Origin: the human T2T-CHM13v2.0 reference genome, Homo sapiens
Assembly: GCF_009914755.1 (NCBI RefSeq)
Contig: NC_060937.1
Strand: one strand, 5' to 3'
Length of the DNA stretch: 64,000 bases
Position numbers and translations under genes: made by a program. Shown here in pieces: positions 13,901 to 28,300 of the stretch; position 1 is the stretch's first letter; every line of letters begins with the position of its first letter. The notes under the pieces were generated by a model. The model did no database searches. It saw only the letters and a program-made list of their open reading frames with translations, and was not told where the DNA came from.

Positions 13901-16900
13901 AGAAAGGAATGCGATGAATTGGAGTTTAGTGGACCGGAGTGGAATGGTATGGCGCAGAAGGGAATTGAATGGAGTGAAGTGTAGTGGAATAGAGTGGAAT
14001 GGAACGGAATGGGAAGAAATTTAATTGGATGGAGTGGAGTGGAGAGTAGTATCCAATGGAAAGGAATGGAATGTAGTGGAGTGGAGTGGATTGGAATGGA
14101 GTAAAATGGAATGGAATGGAATGGAAAGGAATGGAATTGAGTGGAATGGACTGGAATGGAATGGAATGAAATGGACTCTAATAAAATGGACTCGACTGGA
14201 ATGTACTGGAAGGGAATGGAAATGATTGGAATGGAATACAATGGAATGGAGTGGAATGGACTCGAATGCAATGAACTCGAATGGAAGGGAATCGAATTGA
14301 ATGGACTATAATGGAATGGAATCAAATGGAATGGAATCAAATGGCATCGAATGGAATTGAATGGAATGCGATGAAGTGGAGTGGACTGGAGTGGAGTGGA
14401 AGGGAATTGAATGGAATGGAATTGAGTGGAATGGAATGGAATGGAATGGAATGGAATGGAATGGAATGCAATTGAATTGGAAGGAATAGAATTGAACTGA
14501 GTGGAGTGGAGTGGAGTGGAATGGAATGAAGTGGAATGGAATGGACTGGAGTGGAATGGAATGGAATGGGGTGGAGTGGAATCGATTGGAATGGAATGGA
14601 ATGAGGACTGGAATTGAATGGAGTGGAGTGGAATGGAGTGGAATGCAAAGGAATTGAATGGAATGGAGTGGAGTGGAGGTGAATAAAGTGTAGTGTAGTG
14701 GAGAGGAATGGACTGGAATGGAATGGAATTGAATTAAATGGTGTGGAATTGAGTCGAATTTAATGGAATGCACCAGAGTGGTATGGAGTGGAGTGGAATG
14801 GAGTGGAATGGAATGGAAGGGAATGGAATGGAATGGAAGGGACTGGAATGGAATGGACTTGAATGGAAGGGAATGGAATGGAATGCAATTGAATGGAATT
14901 GAGTGGAATAGAATTGAATTGTATGGAATCGAATGGAAGGGAATCGAATGGCATCAAATGGAATCAAATGGAATGCGGTGAAGTGGAGTGGAGTGGATTG
15001 AAACGCAGTGGAATGGAATGAGGTAGAATGGAATTGAGTGGAGTGGAGTGCATTGGAATGGGTTGGAATGGAATGGAATTGGAAGGAGTGGAATTGAACG
15101 GATTGGAGTGGAATGAAAAGGAGTGGAAAGCAATGCAATGGAATGGAGTAGAGTGGAGTTGTGTGGAGTGGAGTAGTATGCAATGGAATAGAATGGAATG
15201 GAATGGATTTGAAAGGAATGGAATGGAATGGTTTCGAATGTAATGGACTGGAATGAAATGGTCTGGAAAGGAATGGGCTCGAATGGAATGGACTCGATGG
15301 AATGCACTTGAAGGGAGTGGACTGGAATGGAATGGACTGGAATATAATGGACTTGGATGGAATGGATTTGAATGGAATGAACTCGAAAGGAATGAACTCG
15401 CATGTAATGGACTCGAATTGTATGGAATCGAATAGAAGGGACTCGCATGGAATGGATGAGAATGGAATGGAATAGAATGGAATGGAGTCGAATGGAATGG
15501 AATAGAATAGCATCAAAGAGAATACAGTGGAATGCGATGAAGTGGAGTGGAGTCGAGTGGAATGGAGTGGAATGGAATTGAATGCAGCAGAGCGGAGTGG
15601 TGTCAAATGGATTTGAATAGAATGGAATGGTAAGGAATAGAATTGAACCGAGTTGAGTTGAGTGGAGTGGAATGGAGTAATATGCAAAGAATGGAATCCA
15701 GTGGATTGGAATGGAATGGAATGGAGTGGAGTGGAATGGAATGGGGTGGAAATAGTGGAATTGAATGGAATGGAGTGGAGTGGAGAGATGTGGAGTGGAG
15801 TGCAGTGGAATGGATTGGAGTGGAGTGGAGTGGAATGCAATGAAGTGAAATGGAGTGGAGTGGAGTGGAATGGAATAGAATTTAGTGGAGTGGAGTGGAA
15901 TGGAGTGAAATGAAATGGAATTGGATTGAATGGAATTGAACGGAGTGGAGTGGAATGCGGTGGAATGCAATGGAATGGAATAGAATGGATTGGAGTGGAG
16001 TGGAATGGAATGGAATGGAATGAAATGGAATCGAATGTTATGGACAGGAATGTAATGGACTAAAAAGGAATGCACTCGAATGGAATGTCCTCGAATGGAA
16101 TAGACTCTTATGAAATGGAATCGAATGGAATGGAATCATATGGAATTGAATTGAGTGAAATGGAATCAAATGGAATGGCATCGAATGGCATCAAATGGAA
16201 TCAACTGGAAAGAGGCATCGCATGGAATGGCTTCCAATGGAATCAAATGGAAACAAGTGGAGTGGAGTGGAAAGTAGTGGCAAGGAATGGGGTGGAATGG
16301 AATTGAATGGATGGGAATGGAAACCAGGTAAGTGGAATGCAAAGGAACAGAATGGAATGGAGTGGAGTGGAGAGGAATATAGTGAAATGGAATTGAAAGG
16401 TATGCAATGAAATGGAGTGGAATTGAATTGAATGAAATGGAATGGAATGGAATGGAATGCACTGTATTGGAGTGGAGTGGAATGGAGTGGAATGAAGTGG
16501 AAGGGAATGGAACTGAATGGAGAGGAATGGAATGGAGTGGAATGGATTGGAATTGATTGGAGTGGAGTGGAGTGGAGTGTAATGGAGTGGAATGCAATGG
16601 AATGGGAAAAAATGTAATTGAACGTAGTGGAGTGGAATGGAGTGGAAAGAATGTAATGGAATGGAATGGAGTGGAATAGAGTGGAATGAAGTGGAGTGGA
16701 ATGGAGTGGAGTGGAGTGGAATGGAATGGGAAGGAATGGAATTCAATGGAGTGGAGTGGAGTTGAGAGGAGTGGAGTGGAGTGGTATGCAATGGAATGGA
16801 ATGGAATTGAGTGTTGTGGATTGGAGTGGAGTGGAGTTGAGTGGAATGGAATGGAATAGAGTGGAATGGAATGGAAAAGAGTAGAATGGAGGGGAGTGGA

Positions 16901-19900
16901 ATGGAAAGGAGAGGAGTGGAATGGAATGGAATGGAATGGAATGGAATCAAATAGAATTTACAGGACGGAAATGGAATAGCAAGGAATGGACTCGAATGGA
17001 ATGGACTTTAATCGAATGGCCTCAAATGGAATGGAATTGAATGGAATGGAATCGAATCGAATGGAATGTAACGTAATGAAATCGAGTGAAGTGGAAATGA
17101 ATGAAATGGAATCAAATGGCATCGAATCGAGTCAAATGGAATGCAATGAAGTGGAGAGGAGTGGAGCAGAATGGAGTGGAATGGAATGGATTGGAATGGA
17201 ATTGAATGGAGTGGAGTGGTGGTCAGTGGAATGGAGTGGAATGGAATGTATTGGGAAAGAATGGAATTGACAAGAGTAGAGTGGAGTGCAGTGGAGTGGA
17301 GTAGAGTGGAGTGCAGTTTAATGGAGTGGAATGGAATGGAATGGAACAGACAGGAATGGAATGAAAAGGAGTGGAGTAAAATTGAGTGGAAATGAATAGA
17401 ATGGACTGGAAATTAATGGCATGGAATGGAATGGAACGGACTCAAATTGAGTGGACTCGAATGGAATGGACTGGAATGGAATGGACACGAATGGAATGGA
17501 ATGTAAGGGAATGGAATCAAATGGTATGGAATCAAATATAGTGGAATTGAACGGAATGGAATCAAATGCACTGGAATCGAATGGTATGGAATCAAATGGC
17601 ATTGAATGGAATCGCATAAAATGCTGTGAAGTGGAGTGGAGTGGAGTGGAATAGAGTGAAATGGAGTGGAATGGGTAGGAATGGAATTGAACACAGTGAA
17701 GTGGAGTGGATTGGAGTGGAATGGAATGCAAAGGAATGAAATGGAATAGAATGGAATGGAATGGAATGGAGTGGAGGGGAGTGGATTGCAGTGGAGTGGA
17801 TTGGAGTGTAATGGAGTGGAATGGAATGGAAAGGAATGGAATGGCATGGAGTGGAATGGAATGGAATGGGAGGGAATAGAGTAGAAAGGAGTGGAATGGA
17901 TAGGAGCAGAGTAAAATGGAATGGAAAGGAATGGAATGGAATGGAATGGAATGGAGTGGTGAGGAGTGGAGTCGAGTGTACTGCAGTGGAGTGGAGTGGA
18001 AAGGAATGGAATGAAATGGATTGCAATGGAATGGAATTGCTTGTAGTGGAGTGGAATGCAATAGAGTGGAATGTAGTGGAATGGAATGGAACAAAGTCAA
18101 GTGGAATGGAGTGGAGTGGAATGGAATGGAATGGAATGGAATGGAATGGAATGGAATGGAATGGACTCGAATAGAATTGAATGGACTCAAATGGAATGGA
18201 CTGGAATGCATTGGAATCAAATGGAATAGACTCGAAAGGAATGGACTCAAATGGAATAGAATCGAATGGAATGAAATCGAATGGAATGGAATTGAATGGA
18301 ATGGAATCGAAAGGAATGGAATCAAATGGCATCGAATGGAATCGAATGGACTGCAGTGAAGTGAAGTGGAGTGAAATGGAGTGCAATGGAGTGGAATGGA
18401 GTGGAATTGAATGGGGTGAAAGGGAATTGAATGGAGTGGAGTGCAGTGGAGTTGAATGGAGTGGAATGGAATTTAATGGTAAGGAATGAATTTGAATGGA
18501 ATGGAGTGGAGTGGATTGGACTGGATTGCAATTGAATGGAGTGGAATGGAGTTGAGTGGAGTGGAGTGGAATGGAATGGAATGGAATGGAATGGAATGGA
18601 ATGGAAACGACTGGAATGCAATGGAGAAGAATGGAATGGACTCCAATGGAATGGATTCGAATGAAATGGAATGGAATGGAATTGAATGGACTCAAATGGA
18701 ATGGAATGGAATGGAATGGAATGGACTGGAATGGAATGGATTCGAATGGAATGGACTCCAATGGAAAGGATTGGAATGGAATGGACTCCAATGGAATGGA
18801 GTTGAAAGGAATGAACTTGAATGGAATGGAAACGAGTGGAATGGAATCAAAAGGAATGGATTCAAGAGCAAAGAAATCGAATACATGGTATCGAATGGAA
18901 AGGATTAGAAAGCAATGAAATCGAATGCAATGGTGTCGAATGGAATGGAATCGAATGGCATGGAATGGATTGAGGTGAAGGGGAGTGGAGTGGAGTGGAA
19001 TGGAGTGGAATGGAATGCGGTGGAATGGAATTGAATGGAGTGGAGTGGAGTGGAGTGGAATGGAGTGGAATGGAATAGAGTGTAGTGAAATGCAATGGAA
19101 TGGAATGGAGTGGATTGGACAGGAGTTGATTGGAGTGGAATGCAATGGAATGGAAAGGAGTGGAGTGGACTGGAGTGCAGTGGAATGGAGGGGAATGCAA
19201 TATGATGGAAAGGAATGGAATAGACTCGAATGGAATGGACTCGAGTGGAATGGACTGGAATGGAATGGACTCGAACAGAATGGACTGGAATGTAATGGAC
19301 TCTAATGGAATGGACTCGAATGGACCGGAATCAAATGGAATGGAATCGACTGGAATGGAATGGAATCCAGTGGAATGGAATGGAATGGCATCAAATGGAA
19401 TCGAATAGAATGTGGTGAAGTGGAGTGGAGTGCAGTGGAATGGAGTGGATTTGAATAGGGAGGAATGGAAGTGAATGGAGTGGAGTGGAGTGGATTGGAG
19501 TGGAATGTAATAAAAAGGAACGGAAAGGGAAGGTTGTAATTGAACAGTGTGGAGTGGAGTGGAATGTAGCGGAGTGGAATGCAATGGAATGGAATGGAAG
19601 ATAGTACAGTCGAATGGAGTGGAGTGGAGTGGAGAGGAGTGGATTAGAATGGAGTGGAATGGAAAGTAAGGGAATGAAGTGGAATGGAATGGAATGGCAT
19701 GGAATGGAGTGGAATGGAATGGAATGGAATGCAGGCGAGTGCAGTGGAATGGAATGGAATGGAATGAAATGGAGAGCGGTGAAGTGGAGTGGAGTGAATT
19801 GGAGTGGAGAAGAATGGAATGGAATGGAATGGAGTGGAATGGAATGGAATGGAATGGAATGGAGTGGAGTGGAGTGGAATGGAAGGGAATGGAATTGATA

Positions 19901-22900
19901 GGAATGGAATGGAGTTGAGGGTATAATAATGGAAGAAAACGGAATGGAATGGAATGGAGTGGAATGGAGTGGCATGGAATGCAATGGAATGGAATGGAGT
20001 GGAATCGAATCTAATGGAGTCGAATGAAATGGACTGAAATGGAAATGACAGGAATAGAATGCAGTGAAAAGGTATGGAATCGAATCAAATGGACTGGAAT
20101 GGAATGGACTCAAATGGAATGGAATCGAAATTAATGGAATCAAATGGAATGGAATCGAATGGAATGGAATTGAGTGGAATGGAATCGAATGGATTCGCCT
20201 TGAATCAAATGGAATGCGGTGAAGTGGAGTGGAAAGGAATAGATTGGAAATGAATGGGGGGAATGGAATTGAACGGAGTGTAGTGGAGTGGACTGGAATA
20301 GAGTGGAATTAATTGGAATGGGAAGGGAGGGAATTGAATGGAGTGGAGTGTAAAACGATAGAGTGGAGTGGAGTGCAGTGAAATGGAGTGGAGTAGAGTG
20401 GAATGCAATAGAGTGTTATGGAATGCAGAGGAGTGGACTGGATTGGAATGGAGTGGAGTGGAGTTGAATGGAATGGAGTTGAACGTTGTGGAGTGCAGTG
20501 GAATGGGGTGGAGTGCAATGGAAAGGAATGGAGTGGAGTGAAGTGCAGGGGAGTGGAATAGAATGGAATGGAATAGGATGGAGTGGAGTGTTGTGGAGCA
20601 TATTGGAGTCAAGTGGAGTGGAATGGGAAGGAATGGAATTGAATGGAGGGGAAAAGAACGGAATCAAATGGAAAGGACTGGAATGAAATGTACTCGAGTG
20701 GAATGGAGTCAAATGAAATGGAATTGGATGGAATTGAAAAGAATGAAATGGAATTCAATGGAATGTAATCAAATGAAAGGGAGTCGAATGGCATCGAATG
20801 AAATTGAATATAATGCGCTGAAGTGGAGTGGAGTGGACTGGAATAGAATGTGGTGGAAGGGATTTGAATGGGGTGGAGTGGAGTGGAGTGGAATGAGGTG
20901 GAGTGGAGTGGAGTGGAATGGAATGGGAAGGAATGGAATTAAATGCATGCAATTCAGTGGAATGGAGTGGAACGCAATGGAATGGAATGGAATGGAGTGC
21001 AGTTGAGTGGAGTTGAGTGGAATGGAATGGAACAGAATGGAATGGAATGGAAAGGAATGGACAAGAATGCAATGGACTGGAATGGAATGGTATTGAATGG
21101 AATGGATTCAAATGGAATGGAATGGAATCCAATGGAATGGACTCGAATGGAATGGACTGGAACGGAATGGACTTGGATGGAATAAAATCTAATGGAATGG
21201 AATCGAATGGATTGGAATCAGATCGAATAGAATCAAATGGAATGGAATCGAATGGAGTGGAACCGAATGGAAAGGAATAGAATGGCATCAAAAGGAAACG
21301 AATGGAATGTGGTGAAGTTGAGTGGAGTGGAGTTTAGTGAAATGGAGTGCAGTGGAGTGGAACGGAGTGAAATGGACTGGAATGGAATGGAATGGACTGG
21401 AAAGGAATCAACTGGAATGGAATGGACTCGAATTGAATGGAATTGCATGGAATGGAATCGAAAAGAATGGAATAGAATGGAATGGAATCGAATGGAATGA
21501 AATCAAATGGAATGGAGTCGAATGGAAAGGATTTGAATGGCATCGAATGGAATTGAATGGAATGCGGTGAAGTGGAGTGGAGTGGAGTGGAATGGAGTGA
21601 AATGAAATGGGGTGGAATGGAATTGAATGGAGTGGTGTGGTGTGGAATGCAGTGGAATGGAATGTAAAGGCAACGAATGGAATTAAAAGGAGAGGAGTGG
21701 AGTGGAGTGTATTGGAGTGGAGTGGAATTGAAGGGACTCAAGTGGAGTGGAGTTGAGTGGAATGGAGTGGAGTGGAGTGGAATGGAATGGACTCAAGTGG
21801 AATGGAGTGGAGTGGAATGGAGTGGAATAGAATAGAATGGATTGAAGAGGAATAGAGTGGAGTGAAGTGGAGTGGGGTGGAGTGCAGTGTAATGATATGG
21901 AATGGAATGGAATCGAATCGAATGGAATGGACTCGAAAGGAATGGAATCCAATGGAATGGACTTGAATACAATGGAATCGAATGGAATGGAATCGAATGA
22001 AATGCAATTGAATAGAGTGGAATTGAATGTCATCGAATTGAGGGGAATGGAATGCGGTGAAGTGGAGTGGAGTGGAGTGAAATGGAGTGGAAAGGAATGG
22101 GGTTAAATGGAATGGAATGCAGTGGAGTGGAGTTTAATGGAGTGGAATGGAAATGAATGGGAAGGAATAGAATTGAATGGAGTGGAGTGCCTTGGAATGC
22201 AATGGATTGGTGTGAAGAGGAGTGGAGTGGAAAAGAGTGGAATGCAATGGAATGTAACATAATGGAATGGAGTGGATTGGAATGGAGTAGAAAGGACTTC
22301 AGTGGAGAGGAGCGGAGGGGAGTGGAATAGAATGGAAAGGAAAGGAATAGAATGTAATGGTGTGGAGTAGAGTGGAATGAAATGGAATGGAAAGGATTGG
22401 AATGGAATAGAATGGAATGGAATGGAATGGACTCGAATGGAATGCAATGGAAAGGAACAGACTGGAATGGAATGGACAGGAATGGATTGGAGTCGAGGGG
22501 AAAGGAATCGAATGGAATGGAATTGAATGGAATGGGATAAATAGAATGGGATCAAATGAAATGGAATGAAATGGAGTGGAATGGAATGGCATCGAATGGA
22601 ATCCAAAGGAATGCAGAGAAGTGCAGTGGAGTTGAGAGGAATGCAATGGAATGGAATGGAATGGAGTAGACTGGAGTGGAGTGGATTGTAGTGGAATTGA
22701 GTGGAGTGGAATGGAACGGAGTGGAGTGGAGTAGAATATAGTGTAGTGGAGTGGAGTGGAATGTAGTGGAATGGAATGGTGTGAAATGGAATGGACTGGA
22801 GTGGAATGGAATGGAAGGGAATGGAATGGAATGGAGTTGAGTGGTGTGGGATGGAATGCAATGGAATGGAATGGAGTGGAGTGGAGTGGAGTGGAATGGA

Positions 22901-24229
22901 GTGGAGTGGAGTGGGGAGGAGAGGAATGGAGTGTAATGGAATGCAATGGAATGGAATGGAGTGGAGTGGAGTGAAATGGAGTGGAGTGGAGTGGGTTATA
23001 AAGGAATGGAGTGGAATGGAATGCAGTGGAATGGAATATGGTGGAGAGGAATGGAATGGAATTTAGTGCAGTGGAGTGCAGTAAATAGGAGTGGTGTGGA
23101 ATGGAATGCAGTGGAAGTGAATGGAATGGAATGGAATCGAATGGAGTGTAGTGGAATGGAATGGAATGGAATGGACTCGAATGGAATGGGCTGGAATGAA
23201 ATGGACTGGAATGGAATGGACTCGAAAGGAAAGGAATCTAATGGTATGGAATCGAATGGAATGGAATAGAGAGGAATGGAATCGAAAGGAATGGAATCAA
23301 AGAGAGCAGAATCGAATGGCATCAAATGGATTCAAAAGGCATGTGGTGAAATGAGGAGGTGTGGAGTGGAATGGAGTAGAAAGGATTGTGGTGGAATGGA
23401 ATTGAATGGAGTGAAGAGGAATTGAGTGGAATGGAATGGGAAGGAATGGAATTCAACGGAGTGGAGTGGAGTGGAGTGGAATGAAAGGAAATGGAATGGA
23501 TTGGAGTTGAGTGGAATGGATTGGAGTGCAGTGGAGTGGAGTGGAATGCAATAGACTGGAATGGAATGGAATGGAGTGGAATGGAATGGAATGAAAAGGA
23601 AAAGAATGGAATGGAAAGGATTGGAGTGAAGTAGAGTGGAGGTGAATGGAGTGGAGTGGAGTGGAACAGAATAGAATGGAATGAAATGGAATTGAATGGA
23701 CTCGAATGGAACGGAATCGAATTTAATGGAATTGAATGCAATGGAATCTAATGGAATGGAATGGAATGGAATGGAATGGAATGGAATGGAATGGAATGGA
23801 GTGGAATCGAATGGAATGGAATCGAATGGCAATGAATGGAATTGAACGGAATGCAGTCCACTGGAGTGCACAGGAGTGGAATGGAGTGGAATGGAATGGG
23901 GTGGAATGGAATTGAAGGGAGTGGAGAGGAGCAGGGTGAAATGGAGTGGAATGGAGTGGAATGGGAAGGAATGGAATGGGCCAGAAAGGAATTGAACTTA
24001 GTGGAGAGGACTAGAAGGGAATGGGTTGGAATGGAATCAAACGAAATGAAATGCAATTGCATGGAGTGAAATGGAGTGCTACGGAATGGAGAGGAATGGA
24101 ATGGAATTGAATGGAGTGGAATGGAACGGAATGGAATGGATTGGAATGGAATGGAACGGAGTGGAGTGGAGTGGAATGGAATGGAATGGAATGGAGTGGA
24201 ATGGAGAGGAAAGGAATGGAATGGAGTGG

Positions 24230-25380
24230 AGTGGTTTGGATTGGATTGCAGTGGAATGGAATGGCATGGAGTGGAATGGAATGGAGTGGAATGGAGTGGA
24301 TTGTAGTGGAGTGGAGTGGAGTGGAATGGAATTTAGTGGTATTGAAAGAAACAGGATGGAATGGAATGGTATTAAATGGGGTGGAGTCCAGATGATTAGA
24401 GTGCAGTGCAGTAGAATGGAATGGAATGGAATGGAAAGGAATGGAATGGAATAGAATGAAATAGACTCGAATGGAATGGACTCGAATGAAACGGAATAGA
24501 AATTACTGGAATTGAACGCAATGGAATTGAATGGAATGGAATCTAATGGAATGGAATAGAATAGAGTGGAATCGAATGGAATGGAATCGAATGTCATCAA
24601 ATGGAATCGAATGGAATGGAATAGAATAGAGTGGAATCGAATGGAATGGAATCGAATGGCATCAAATGGAATCGAATGGAATGTGGTCCACTGGAGTGCA
24701 GTGGAGTGGAATGGAACGGGGTGGAATGGAGTTGAATGGCATGGGGAGGAGCGGAGTGGAAATGAATGTAATGGAATGGAATGGGAATGAATGGAATTGG
24801 ACAGAAATTAATTGAAAGGAATGTCGTGGAGTGGAACGGCATGGAGTGCAATGGAATTGAGAGGAATGGAGTGGATTGTAGTGGAGTGGAGTGGAGTGGA
24901 ATGGAATGGAGTGGTATTTAATGAAACGGGATGGAATGGAATGGAATGGAATGGAATGGAATGGTATTGAATGGGGTGGAGTCCAGAGGATTGGAGTGGA
25001 GTGCAGTAGAATGGAATGGAATGGAATGGAATGGAAAGGAATGGAATGGAATGGAAGGAAATAGAATCGAATGGAATTGACTCGAATGCAACGGAATAGA
25101 ATTTAATGGAATTTAACGCAATGGAATAGAATGGAATGGAGTTGAATGGAATGAAATAGAATAGAGTGGAATTGAATGGAATGGAATCGAACAGCATCAA
25201 ATGGAATCGAATGGAATGTGGTCCACTGGAGGGCAGTGGAGTGGCATGGAGTTGAATGGAATGGGGTGGAATGGAGTTGAATGGAGTGGAGAGGAGAGGA
25301 GTGGAATGGAATGAAATGGAATGGAATATGAAGGAATGGAATGGGACAGAAATTAATTGAAAGGAATGGAGTGGAGTGGA
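24230..25380 (+). repeat. Tandem duplication of one domain A composite unit (~535-595 bp)
   Basis: Private variants occur twice: GTCCAGA 24386/24981, GGTCCACTGG 24685/25220, ACAGAAATTAATTGAAAGG 24801/25346. Confidence 0.85.
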
Positions 25381-28300
25381 AGGGAATGGAATGGAATGGA
25401 ATCAAATGAAATGGAATGCAGTTGAATGGAGTGGGATGCAGTTGAATGGAATGGAGTGGAATGGAGTGGAATAGAATGGAGTGGAATTGAATGGAATGGA
25501 ATGCAGTGGAGTGGAGTGGAGTGGAATGGAGTGGTGTGGAATGAAGTGAAATGGAGTGGAGTGGAATGGAATTGAGTGTAGGGCAACGGAATGGAATGGA
25601 GTGGAATGGAATGGAACTGAAAGGAATGAAATGGAATGGACTCAAACGGAATGGACTCTAATGGAATGGACTGGAATGGAATGGACTCGAATGGAATGGA
25701 CTCGAATGGAATGGACTGGAATGGAAGGGACATGAATAGAGTGGAATCGAATGGAATGGAATCAAATGGCATCGACAGGAATCAAATGAAATACAGTGCA
25801 GTTGAATGGAGTGCAGTGGAATGGAATGGGATGGAATGTGGTGGAATGGAATGGAATGGAACGGAATGGAGTGAAGTGGAGTGGAATGGAATGGAATGGA
25901 ATGGAGTGGAATGGAGTGGAATGGAATGGAACGGAATGGAACGGAATGGAATGGAATGGAACGGAGTGGAACGGAATGGAACAGAATGGAATGGAGTGGA
26001 ATGGAATGGAATGGAATGGAATGGAATGGAGTGGAATGGAGTGGAATGCAGTGGAGAGGAGTGGAATTTAATGGAGTGAAGTGGAATGGAATGGAGTGAA
26101 GTGGAATGGAATTGAATGGAATGGAATGAAATGGAATGGAAAGGAATCGAAAGGAATGTAATTGAATGGCATCTAATGGAATCGAACGGAATGCGGTGAA
26201 GCAGAATGGAGTGGAGTGGAATGGAGTGGAATGGAATGGGGTGGAACTGAAATTAATGGAGTCGAGTGGAATGGAGTGGATTGGAATGGGAAGGAATGTG
26301 ATGGAACAGAGTGGAGTTTAGTGAAAAGGAATGCAATGGAATGGAATGGAATTGAATGGAAGGGAAGGGAATGGAATGGAATGGAATGGAGTGGAAAACA
26401 TGGAATGGAATTCACAGGACTGGACTGGAATGGAACGGAATGGAATGGAATGGAATGGAATGCAATGCAATCAAATGGACACGAATGGAATGGACTTGAA
26501 TGGAATGGACTCGAATGGAATGAACTGGAATGGAATGGACTAGAATGGAATGAACTGGAATGGAATGGACTGGAATGGAATGGACTCGATTGTAAGGGAA
26601 TCGAATGGAATAGAATCGAATGGCAGTGAATGGAATTGAATGGAATGCGGTGAAGTGGAGTGGATTGCAGTTGAATGGAGTGCAAACAATGGTTTGGAAA
26701 GGAATAGAATGGAGTGGAGCGGATTTGATTGGAATGGAATTGAATGGGAAGTAATGGAATTTAATGGAGTGGAGTGCAGTGGAGTGGAGTGGAGTGGAGT
26801 AGGGTGAAATGGAATGAAATGGAATGGAATGGCATGGAATGGACTGGAATGGAATGTAATCAAATGGAAAGGAATCGGATGGAAAGAAATGTTATAGAAT
26901 GGAGTGGAATCAACTGGAATGGAATTGAAAGGAATGGAATGGAATGGAGTGGATACGATTGAAAAGGAATCGAATGTCATCGGATGGAATCAAAAGGAAT
27001 GCGGTGAATTGGAGGGGAGTGGAGTGGAAAGGAGTGCAATGGAATGGTGTGGAATGGAATGGAAAGGAGTAGAGTGGAGTGGAAAGGAGTGGAATGGCAT
27101 GGAATGGAAAGGAATGGAATTGAATGGAGTGGAGTGCAATGGAGTGCCTTGAAATGGAATGCAATGGAGTGGAGTGGAGAAAAGTGGATTGGATTGGAAT
27201 GGAATGAAACGGAATGGAATGTAATGCAAAGTACTGGAATGGAAAGTAATCGAATGGAAAAGAATGGAATGGAATGGAATGGAATGGAATGGAATCAAAC
27301 GGAGTGGAATCGTGTGGAATGGAATCGAATGGAATTTAATCGAATGGCATCGAATGGAATCAAATGGAATGCAGTGAAGTGGAGTGGAGTGGAATGGAGT
27401 GGAATGGAATGGGTTGGAATGGAATGGAGTGGAGAGGAGTAGATTGGAGAGCAATGGAATGCAATGGAATGGAGTGGAGTGGAGAGGATTGGAGTGGAGT
27501 GGAATGCAATGGAATGGAAAGTAATTGAGTGGAGAGGAATGGAGTGGAATGTAGTTTAGTGGTGTGGATTCGAATGGAGTGGAATATAGTGGATTTGAGT
27601 GGAGTGGAAGGGAATTCACACAAGTGGAGTGGAGTTGAGTGGACTGGAGGGGAGTGAAGTGGAATGGAGTGGAAAGGAATGGAGTGGAATTTAAAGGAAT
27701 GGAATGGAGTAGAGTGGAGTTGCGTGAAGTTTAATGGAGTGGATTGCAGTGGAGTGGAGTGGAATGGATTTGAAAGGAGTGGTGTGCAGTGAAGTGGAGT
27801 GAATTGGATTGGAATGAAAAGGAATGCAGTGAAATGAAATAGAATGGTGTGGAATGGAATGGAAAGGAATGGAAAGGAATTGACTTGAAGGGAATGGACT
27901 CAAATGGAATGGACTCTAATGGAATGGACTGGAATGGAATGGACTCGAATGGAATGGAATCAAATGGAATGGAATCAAATGGAATGGAATCAAATGGCAT
28001 CGACTGGAATCAAATGGAATACGGTGCAGTGGAGTGGAGTGGAAAGGAGTGGTATGGAATGGAATGGAATGGAATGGAATGGAATGGAATAGAATGGAAT
28101 GGAGTGGAATGGAATTGAGTGGAGTGGAGTGGAGTGGAATGGATTGGAGTGGATTCGAGTGGAGTGGGATGAAATGCACTTAAGTGGAGTGGAGTAGAGT
28201 AAAGTGAAATTCAGTGGAATGGAATGGAATGGATTTTCATGGATTGGAGTGTACTGGAGTGGATTGGAGTGGAGTGTAATGTAGCGGAATTGAGTGGAGT

